Positions 27,801 to 39,600 of a stretch of 64,000 nt of DNA are shown here, piece by piece. The translations under genes and the position numbers were made by a program. The notes beneath the pieces are model-generated. The model made no database searches and was not told where the DNA came from. It was given only the letters and a program-made list of their open reading frames with translations. This DNA comes from Lytechinus pictus. Its lineage: Eukaryota. The stretch spans positions 2,420,001 to 2,484,000 of the forward strand of contig NC_087246.1 of assembly GCF_037042905.1 (NCBI RefSeq), read 5' to 3'. Each line of letters begins with the position of its first letter. Within the stretch, counting starts at the first letter, position 1.

Positions 27801-29411
27801 GTTATATTAGTGCTTCTAACTACTAATGTTATCTATGAATGCCGTAGCCCGCTCGTGTAGATTGTCGAAGTCATTTAAATACCGAATTACATACTTGTTT
27901 GACAGAATGTTCCGATATACCCAACCAGGCAGCTACATGTGTAGAGGGGACTCGATCCTTGAGAGGGGTTACATGAACCTCCGTTCTGACACTGATTATC
28001 AGCACAGACATCTAGGTTTAGCAATTTAAACAAAACATTCTAAATGACAGTGATTTTTTTTCTAATGGAAATGTCATATCAGGAAGAAAGTTTATAACAA
28101 TACTGGCACACTGGACCTTCAATAAATGAATGTAAAAATCCAGCATTAAACAAACAAGTGTTTCTTCCTATTATCTTGTAATAGTCATGAACAGAATTAG
28201 CCAATGGAGTTAGCATTACGACTCCACAGTCTTACCCGTTTGACAAATGACGCCAGTGTATCCAGTCAGACAGTTACAGGTGTAGGGCAGAGTTGGTCCA
28301 GCAGTAGGATCACAAATCCCTCCATTCTGACATTGGCTTGCGGCACATGGATCTAGATTTTGAGAGAAAGTTTGATACAGGTGTAGTCCAAATTCTTCGC
28401 CAACCATTTCAAATGATTTCATTTTCAAAATAAGTAAGCTGTGTAATTACAATTGAATTAAAACTGAATTGAAATAAATACAGCCCTAAAGACCCCAAAC
28501 CACTCACTATTAGGAACAGTCATCTTCCCCTCAATCGAAATTATGTTTTGTCATATGAAATGTACAAAGCAAAAAATAAAATGAATTCCGTTTTACAAAG
28601 GTAAAATTCAATGAATTTTTACATGATATTCAAAGAACCACGACAAAATTTCTGGAAAATCATTGTCCATATACATAAACCCCTAAAAAAAAGTTTGGAA
28701 ATCTGAGTTCGGCCATTAATTTCTCCCAACTTCCAATTCAACACCATGCATATTTGATATCATTCAAAAGATCATTTAATTATCTTTATTGATACCATGC
28801 TTGTTATGATCATAGCATCACGAAAAGAGCAGGATTCAAAAGTGTTGGATGAGGTGTGCATTGAAAAGCTGCAAAACGAGCAGGAATAGTCATGAAGGGT
28901 CAATTAAGAACATGATTCTTTTGTCTGTGTCAATAGAGATAAAAATTCATTCAAATCAAGCCCCTGCTTCTTCATTTTATATGTTTTGTTATGGTTTATG
29001 TAGTGACGGTTCTATGAGATAACATGGTTTGAGTCGTGGTTTGAAATACCCATGCATGCATGTTTGTTTGTTTGTTATGTGTTTGTTTGTGCAGAGGTGT
29101 GTTTGATTCCATGCTAATGTTGATGTTGAGGTGCATGAAAACAAAAGAAACCGCTGAGAAACTCACTCATCACCACGGAAAAAAAGAACAGTGACTTTCA
29201 ATATTGTGTCATTTTGCAACTTTTTGACCTTGCCCCACATTTCAAGGCACTGCATCTCCATGTGAACCTCAATCACATCATGTATGGTATAATTTTAAAG
29301 AAAATTAAATGATCTATTATGGTATCAATCAAACATTAATATTCACTAAAATCGAGGAGGGATTATCGATCAAAGTCAGATTTCCAAACTTTTTTGAGGA
29401 GTTTATATATG

Positions 29412-29442
<31 letters not shown>

Positions 29443-30626
29443 ATATGGTTAAGGCTTTAAGCAAGGTGTTGACGCTCAACAAGAAGGGATGAGGGGGAGG
29501 AAACTGAAATCTTTTGCTGAAACATACAGGGTTAAACGTATGTTCTATTAGGGCTCAGGAGCGCAATTAAAATGTTAAACATGATCTGGGCATATCCAGA
29601 ATGAAGCTAAAAAAAGATAGGATACTACATGTACAATGGTATTTCCTCAATCTCATCATGCAACTGATTTATTCCACATGACATTTTTGAAATATTACCT
29701 ATTTGGCATGTGGCACCGGTATATCCAGCTCGACAATTACAAATGAATGAAAGATCAGATCCAGGTGAAGTGTTACAAGTTCCTCCGTTCTGACAGGGGC
29801 TACTAGAACAGGGATCAGGGGCCACTGTAAAGGTAATATATGTTGTTGAATGATCATATAATTATCCAAGGTACACATCATTAGAAGATACTAAACAAAA
29901 AAATAGAACAATACGATTTCCATGTATTTTCACATCTAACCACCTCAGCATCAGGCTTTAGAAACACTCAAAATCGCGAGTTTTTAAATAAGTTTTATTG
30001 CGATTATCACTGCCATAAAAATATGACGTATATAATTCTTCTTTATTTTCCATTTGCCGTAAAACAATATCAAAACATTAACAACACATTAAAAGAGGCT
30101 TAATAAAGACAGATATAACATGTAAACATTTAAAACAAAAGAATATAATCAAAACCCAGGTCCCTGGCAGGAAAAGTATTAAGCTAAATGCCAACGGCAG
30201 GGCAAAAAAAAGTAGTATACGGATACCAGAAATTATACGTAACAACATACAAAGATGAAGAAGGAAAGGAAAAGGAAGAGAGACACAGAAAGGGAGAAAG
30301 AAAAGAAAGATAGCAGGAAGAAGGTAGAAATAGAGAGGGTAGAAAGGAGAACAAGTTATCTCGTATTGTATCATGTGAGTAATACATAATATTAATATTG
30401 CACATCAATTAATCGGTTCCATGATATTGTTGAAATGGTTAACTGTCATAAACATATGATGATGAATAACATGAAAAAAAAACCGCTTGGATATTGAAGG
30501 AAAGGAAGAAGAATAGAAGAGCAAAAAGAGAAAGGAAAAAAGGAAGTAGAAGAAAGAAAAGAAAGAAGTAAAAGGAAACAAAAGAAGGAAGAGGAGAGGG
30601 AAGAAAGAGAAAAGGAAACAAAGGAA

Positions 30627-30692
<66 letters not shown>

Positions 30693-33600
30693 AAAAAAAA
30701 AAAAGAAAGAAGGGGAAAAAGAGAAGGAGGGGAGAGAAAGAAAGAGTGAAGGAAGATAGGATGAAAAGAAAGAAAGAGAAGGAAAGAAACCGGAGGAAAA
30801 TTAAGAAAATGGAAAGAGAAAGAAAAGCAGAAAGGAGAGAGAGGAAAAGAACGAGGAAAGAAATCAGGGAAAAGGAAAGGAAAGAAATAATAAAAAGAGG
30901 AAAGAAAGAGGACAAAGTTTGTTTCATGTTACTTATTTAGACCTAATTACATTATATCAACGCAGTGGTACACATATGTTTGTAGGTAGAATAATTCAAT
31001 TATTTCCTGTTTTAGAATTCAAATTTGAAATATATATTTTTTAATTACCAATACATTACCTCTCTTATTATAGGTGCAAATTTGTATTAGATAAAGCATA
31101 CGTGTAACGAACATTCTTTCGTACATTCTCTCCAGACCCTACCTCGGTCCCGTAACACAAAGGTTAGCGATATAATCTTAGACTTGATTTTCACTTTGGT
31201 AGTACATTCTAGTCAATGGAATCAATCGTAAAAAAAAGCGCAGCTTTGTGTTACGGGCCGCTGGACGGTCATTGGCCATCAGCTCTCTTGTTATTTACGG
31301 CCATGCTTGAATGAGTTCATTGTTCTGGACTTTCAATTTATTTTCATATCAATATTCCATTAGTGACAATAAGATTTCGGAACTGGAAAGACTTTTGGGC
31401 ATACAAAACAGATGAAAATTTCACCTATACCTATATGACATAAATCGCCATTATAACCCGGTGGACAGTTACAAGTGTAGGGAAGACTCGATCCAGGGGT
31501 TGGGTTACATATCCCTCCATTCTCACATTGGTTATTTGCACATACATTTGAAACTAAAATGAGGAATCATGAGAAAACAACACAGTATGAATGTCACTAT
31601 TCATAACCATATTTCATGTAAATGTTACATGAATGAAAGAAGGATGGAAAATGATGGAAACACCAACATGCACTTTGTAAAAGAAATGTTTTTTTTTCTA
31701 TGTTGAAAATTTCGTTTGTTAATGTGCTATATTTTATTTTTTATTATATATCACTTTATTAGCAAATCTGCACATTAAAGGAATACAATATACGCCCAGG
31801 ATATTTCTCTATAATGAGAAAATGCAGGGCAATAAAATTCACTATACAGAAAAAAAACTTAGAATATAATACAACAATCAATATGGAGAAAAATACTGGG
31901 AAGTGCAACGAGGTTAGCATTTCTCTATAATGAGAAAATGCAGGGTAATAAAATTCAATATACAGAAAAAACCACCTTAGAATATAATACAACAATCAAT
32001 ATGGAGAAAAGTACTGGGAAGTGCAACGAGGTCAGCAAAGGGAAGGAAAATGGAGTCCGTCTATGTACTTGAAACACGGAGAGGGAGTTTGTTTTCCCAC
32101 ATATTCAGATTTTTGAAGTAATAGATGACAAAAGATGACACGATGGCCAATTTTGATATATTCTTTCGGAATTGTTTGAGATGGACGGGACTCCCAGTTT
32201 CCTTCAGCAGCCGCTTTAGCCTCGTTGCATTGTCCGGTAAGATGTGGCCTCGAGAGCCGATTTCCAAAGGAAGGAATACCACTGAATATCCATTGCTTTC
32301 TATATCTGTGACTAGAGGGGCGTACTTGTTTGATTTGAACTCATGTGCATTGGATATATTCATTTCAAAAGTTTGCATCTAAAAATGAGGATTTCAAAAT
32401 TTAATTGTTACATGCAGGGAAAGAAGGACACTACCCCTATACGCCTGGTTTGAAGATGACATGAGTGAAAGGAATCACGAATGACCATCAGTCTTCGAGG
32501 GTAGAACAGGTGATAATTTTTTTAATGGAGCTAACTGGTAAGAGGATGGAGAAATAGAGTCAATGCTGATATGCTGACATTGTAATAAATAAAAAAGGTA
32601 TGTTGAAATAAATAGGAATTTTATGAGAAAAAATGTATAATGATGAGATCGAATATCGTTTTGCGTCATATAATTATATTCTAGAATATAATTTAGAAAA
32701 ATGTTTTAATCTTTGGAAAGTACACGCTGATAACAAATATTACAAACAAAAATAGTTTTTGTAATTTGTAATTTTATTGTGACTTGTTTGTTCATGTGGA
32801 TCAGTTATTTGAGGGTCACATGTTCGGAGAAAATGTGACGAAAGGACGAGTGATAACGTAGGGGTGAAATCATCTAGGTCTTAATTAACTCTTTTAAGAT
32901 GTTCGTCATGATAATAAACCCTGCCTCTGAGATGGAGATGCTGGATAAATTACATCTTACCTAGGTGGCACACTATTCCTGTAAATCCAGTCGGGCAGTT
33001 ACATGTGTAGGTAAGACCGCTACTAGGTACTGGGATACATGTGGCTCCGTTCTGACATTGATTGCCTTCACAGGAATCTGAAGTTGAAACTGATGAAAGG
33101 AAAAAAGTACAATACTTATATGACAAACCCCAACAACAGATTACATGTGAATGCATTATCTTGATAAAACCAGAGTAAATCTTCTAAAGCATCAGCTGAA
33201 GATATTAACAAATGGGACTGGGAACAAACACGACATTTAAATCACAACAGAAAAGAGTTGAAATTATAGTTTGACCTGTATACAGAATCTCTAAAATCCA
33301 TTTTCATGATGTCCATTATATTAAAATATCCGATGAGGTGAGGGTTGAGGACAAAACTGATAATCTTACCTAGGTGGCACACTAGTCCTGTAAATCCAGT
33401 CGGGCAGTTACATGTGTAGGTAAGACCGCTACTAGGTACTGTGCTACAGGTGGCGCCGTTCTGACATTGATTGCCTTCACAGGAATCTGAATTTGAAACT
33501 GATGTAAGAAAAACAAACTCTTAAGTCTGTTGTATGATTATAGGACTCATATCATAGAGTGATTTTTATATTATTGAGGATAAACAAACACAAAAACCCA

Positions 33601-36600
33601 AAAGATTCATAAATCCAAAATTTCGCGGTTTATTCGCTTCAACGGACACGCAGAAAGATTAGTTAATTCCTACTGAATCAGAGCAGGCCTTTGAATTAAC
33701 GCCAAAAAAACTAAAATAAACTTTAAAACAAATATTTAAACAGACATGGAGGCGATATGAAAACAAAGGGATTGTAAATAGTGGGGATTTCACGAACTGC
33801 TTATTTGCTGAATTGTTTGTAAACATATTCAACCCCCTAAACTCACATAAATTCATTAAAACAATAAAAAGATAAATAGAAAATTGATACAAGAAAAAAA
33901 AACATAACTCTCTCTTTACACACCAACACACACATATACAGTGCGTCCCACAAAAAACGAAACCGAGATTTATCGATGATTTATCATAACTTAATCGCAA
34001 ATACAATAGACAAGTGACCTACCATTTTAAAGCTTAGAATCTCCTCTTTCAACTGAAATTACTTAGATTATATCTCATTCACGCATGAGTGAGCAAAAAC
34101 AATTTGAAAAGGGGATACCAAAAAGTCATTTGGCGGGCCGTATCTGGGTTTTAAAAAGAAAACCACATTTTTAAAAAGTTTAATATCTGCTCTTTAATTT
34201 GATACCTCAATTACAGAAAATGGTCAAGAAATAACAAAGTTCTGGTTATTTGAAATAAGGCTTGAATTTCAATAATTTCATAAAATGAAGAGGTTTTACA
34301 GGCTAGCGTTCAAACTCACTCGACACTCCGTTTTGTTGACGATCAGCCATGCATTAAGTCTTTTGTTACCGTGCGATAGCTTCAGTGGGAAACCGGTGAA
34401 AACACGTTTATTTAATGAAATTATGGAAATACAAGCATTGTTTCGAGGGATCATAACTTTTTTACTACTTGACCATTTTCTGTGATTTAGGTATCAAAGA
34501 AAAGAGAAGATATTAAACTTTTTAGTCATGTGATTTTCTTTTTGAAATTCAGATACCCCCCGCCAAATGAGTTTTTGGCATCCTTTCTTCGAATTGTTTT
34601 TGCTCAATCATGCGTGAATGAGAAATAATCTAAGTAATACCAGATGAAAGAGGAGATTCTAAGCTTTAAAATGGTAGGTCACTTGTACAAGTACCTCCAT
34701 CTCAAAGATGAGGGACGAAATATAAATAAATCTGAGAAATAATGAAGAAATAGACACATGCTTACTCATTTGACAAAACTGACCGGAGAATCCAGACGAG
34801 CAAACACAGATGTAAGGTGGATTAGACCCGGTAGAAGGCTGACAAAATCCGCCATTTTGACATTGATTGTTAGTACATGGGTCAGCTGATAATATCAAGG
34901 GAATGAATGACGATAAAGTATTTTTTTGGTTTAAGTTATTTATTGAATTCATTCAACAAATCAATACAATATCATAATTTTTCGAGTAACATAAGACAAA
35001 AAAAAAATATATATATATATACTTGTTTTAAAATTAATTTGATTTGATGAACAAAAAAATATTTGATTATGATTGGATCATGTTCGCAATATAATTATTC
35101 TATATTTGCAATGGGACTTCCTACATTGAATATTGTCAACGTAATATGCTAATTAGACAATGATGTTACTTGTGCTAAAAAAAAAACGTTGCCATTCAAA
35201 GCTGATCCGTCAACCAAAATAATGAGAAAAAAATACTTATATTCCCATCTATACTTCAAATCAACAAAAACTGAACCATTTTCCACATCTGAAAGGTAAA
35301 AATAGATGTGCTTATTCGTTTGACAAAATTGATCGGAGAATCCAGACGAGCAAACACAGATGGTAAGGTGGATTATACCCGGTAGAAGGTTGACAAAATC
35401 CACCATTTTGACATTGATTATTAGTACATGGGTCAGCTGATAAAAATGTAAATGAAAAATGACGTGGAATTGTTGGGACTATAATGCATCTTTGATTAAT
35501 ATGATTGGATAAGTTCTCGAAATGATAATTCCATCCTACTGAAACGAACAACCCGTTCCACAGTGTGTGCCACAGTGTGTTCACAGTGTGAAGCACAATG
35601 TGAAATCACCTTCACACTATTAAATATGAGCATTTCAACAGTGTAAATAACACATTCACATAGTCCCCCTTGAGCGTTGTGGCGTGCGCCTGTAATCCAA
35701 GCTATGTGGGGAAGTTACAAATTGATGCAGAGGTTCGAGCCCCGGTCACGTCTTTCGGATGGTGACGTTAAAGGTCGGTCCCAGACGTAAATAATCATAT
35801 CTGATTGATCCACGTCTGACAAAACTCAAATACACACACACACCCCCTTGTGAACACGCTGTGAACTGTCATAATGTCGAGGTGTCTACAATGCAAAAAT
35901 ATATTCACACTGTTGAATTTTATCATTGTGTATATATTTTTATATAGTCCACTATGTGAACACACTGTGATCACACTGTGTGACATTGCGTTCTTTCCAG
36001 CAGGGTCAATTTGCAAAGGGCTTCTTAAATAATTTGAAAAATTTAAACATACGTATGCTAATTATAAGCTAATGCTACTTTTGCAGATAAAACGTTGCCG
36101 AACTGGAAAAAAAATTGTTACATACACATTTTTAATACAAATCAACAATAAACCCTAATGCTGAACCATTTTTCACATCTGAAAGGTAAAAATATACATA
36201 TGCTTACTCGTTTGACAAAATTGGCCGATGAATCCAAACGAGCAAACACAGATGTAAGGTGAATTAGACCCGGGAGAAGGCTGACAAAATCCGCCATTTT
36301 GACATTGATTGTTAGTACAAGGGTCAGCTAATAAAATTGTAAAGGAAAAGAATGACGATATGGAACTGGACAATCTTGAAGCGTCATAGAATATTTGTTA
36401 TATATTCATGAGACTATGGTTCGACATTTCCAACGATGCAATAGACATGTGTTGTGGGAAAAATTGTCGCCATTGCACAAATTGTCGCCGACGTCATCTG
36501 TGCGAAAATTATAAAAACCTAACTGCACAGATTGGCGCCATTTCCGAAGATGCAAATTCGATATGACCAAGATTAGGATGTGATCACAAATTTTGGCATA

Positions 36601-39600
36601 CATGGCACACCATGACATGGAGAAATTATTTAAAGGGGAAGTTCACCCGACGAAAACTTTGCTATTAGATAGCAGAAAAAAAAAAAAAAAAAATACTGGT
36701 GAAGGTTTGAGGAAAATCTTTTAAAGATTAGGAAAGTTATCAGAATTTAAAGTTTTTATTTATGACGTCATAAACGAGCAGCTGCCCCATATGTTAGGTA
36801 ATATAAAATGCATAAATTTCATTTTGTAATGGTTAATGATGACTTATTTGTTACTTTCTTTCTAGAAGTGGATGTGAAATAATTTGTACATTTATATACT
36901 GAAGGTACAATAAAAATCATATTCCACTTTCCGAGAAAATGACATTTCATTTCTTACGATACGATATGGAGGAAAGCTGCTCGCATATGACGTCACAAAT
37001 CAAATAATTAAATTTCTAATAACATATTTATTCTTTGATGGATTTTCCTCAATCATTCGCCAATCATTTTTTTTTCTGCTATTTTTAAACTTTTGTCAGG
37101 GTTAACTACCCCTTTAAGGAAGAAATTACCAAGAGCAGTTCTGTGTCTGCCAAAGTGTGTTAGTGTGGGTGGGTGTGTGTGTGTGTGTTAAGGTTACATA
37201 TACAGAAAAGGAATGACCTAAAGGTGAATAGGGAAGTGAATGTGAACAGGTTTGATGTAATTACATGTTTTGTGGTGCGAATGTAAATCTGTGAATGTTG
37301 GTGTTGGAAGGATGCAAATATTGTACTATTTCTTTCTATTCCCCATTCTCTTGTAGCAATTTGATTTGCAGCTTCTTTTTCCTTTTTGTACCCTCGATAT
37401 TGTGAGGTCTACATAGAGGGTCGTGTTCTTATATGGTTTTCTTAGTATATTAGTACATTTTTAGACATTTCATTATCCTGTTATATTTGCTTCAGTGGTT
37501 GTTAAATATTTGTGTGGACTGTTGTTAACACATAATGATTATTTGTAAAACTTTGTTGTAATTACTTACCTTGAGTTTATGTAATTGCTTTGAGATGAAA
37601 TCCTGAATAAAAACATGTTGAAGAAAAGTGTGCATGTATGTGTGTGGGCATCAATAATCTCGTATTTCCCCTCTCTCTCTTAATCTTTCTGCTATTTGAG
37701 GCTTGCCAGTACTAACTTCTTTTCCAAGTATGTATAAATGACCACGATCCCGTTGCATAAAAATTACTATACTTTGCCATCCAATGGTAACTACCATGGT
37801 AACGATCAACAGCCAATCAAAATTAAGGATTCTATGCAAGTTACTAATGCATGGCAAAGTTACCATAATGGTAAATTTGCGACGGGGCCCAGGATAGGAA
37901 TTTTTATGTTGTTACCCTCTTTTTTTTAATTATTTTTAATTTTTTAATTTTTTACAATTCTTGGATCTGGCAGAAATTACTCGGCCATGGTCAAAGCTGT
38001 TAAAAAAAGTACACCGAGACGCTGCTCACATTACAAACACAATGGGCAATATGGTTTTTAAAAATTCTGCACAAATCGAGGCCGATGACAATTTGTGGAA
38101 CGGCGACATTTTCTGCTACGTCAGACGTGCATAAATATATGTTTAACAGTTGACGCTAACAATACTCTTCATATCAAGTGAGATTCAATATTCCAGATTC
38201 AAGGTATTCATTGTTTATTGGAAATAAAAAATGCTTTTTCATTTCAGGGTATATAAGCTACGTCATATGATTAACATAGATAACATGGTAAAAAAATGTA
38301 TAAAAAAAACAAAAACAAAAAACATAATTTTTATTCAGAATTACTATGTATTGATCACATATATTTGAGATATTCGTAATGTAATACTATTAATCTTTCT
38401 TTTAAAAAGTACAACAGAAAATCTCATCTCATATGTCTCTATCTTTTGAAGGTGTAAGTAAACCGCAACATATAAATTATTTTCATTCATCCATGAATCA
38501 GTGCAAGCACTGGAGAAGTTCTATTATATTTGCACAATATCACAATGAAAATAGTGATATTGGATAAATTTCTTTTCGAATTTCTCTTTCATTTTAATTT
38601 GGTATCATTTGTTTCTTTTATTCTGTATCAAATACATGGACTCCGCCTACCATGATAATGTACCACTCATGTTTATACTAGGGGTGGCGCCATTACTTTT
38701 TGACAGGGGGACGCATGATTGGCTAAAAGTGACGTCATAATTTCTTATCAGTATAAATAGAGTATTATAGAGTTCCTTCTTTACATTCATCTTCATTCTG
38801 TCTTCATTTTCTCCCTCTCTTGACTTTTTTTATTCTTATAGCGCCGCCTCTAATTTATACCCACCTTGAATAATAGATGACGTCACATTTACCCAGAAAG
38901 TGTTAAACTGTTGAACAAAGGTTGCTCTGTTAATACAAAAAACATTAATTTTTAATCAGTAAGCACTTTTGTCCACTAACTCGGAATAATTCCGTCTTAT
39001 GTATTTTTCACATTGAAGTTATAGTTCTAGAAATACTATTTGCATCCTCTTTATGAGTAAGGTATGGAAATAAAATATGCTTTTAAAACTTATCGAATTA
39101 AGGAAAGGAAGAAGTTCACTTTTTCTATAAATAGCCCAAATTCTTGCTTGCTGTTTCATGTAACAATGAAGGCTTAATGCTATAGATTTTAAACTTTCCA
39201 TTCGATTTCGATGAAATATTATCTCCTTTGCCTTGTTTTGACCATGTATATGATATACATAACAATCAATGTCTGATTTTTAAGTTAATTTTGTTCGACA
39301 AAATATAGTAACACCGCCAATGATTATCCACGGATATGATAATAACAATTATTATACAAAGCATTTATCATAATTTTGTCCAATCTCTCTTTGAGTATAT
39401 TCATTTAAATGGAAATTATGATAGATTGTACAGCAGATGGGGAGATAGAGAAAATAGAACAAAGTGGAAGATAAGGGGATAGGAGAGTACAGAGAGACAG
39501 AGAAATGAAAAGAACGAGATGATTGAAACAGAATGACCTGGTGTTTGTCATCTTGTTGCTTCTATCACGAGTACAATTATCAATACAATAGCAGCATATT

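Noticed and set aside
30439..30940. 162-aa Phe/Leu/Ser-rich ORF and its Lys/Arg/Glu-rich antisense ORF
   Set aside because: Artefact of the (GAAA)n polypurine tract.
35673..35842. Human Alu contamination or a true SRP RNA gene
   Set aside because: Similarity stops after ~40 nt, there is no S domain or Alu body, and the element is integrated with a TSD inside a host repeat.
16779..36327. Dscam-style mutually exclusive exon cluster
   Set aside because: Exons are symmetrical phase 1-1 with usable splice sites and adequate spacing, and I saw no repeated docking/selector sequence, so serial inclusion is the simpler model.
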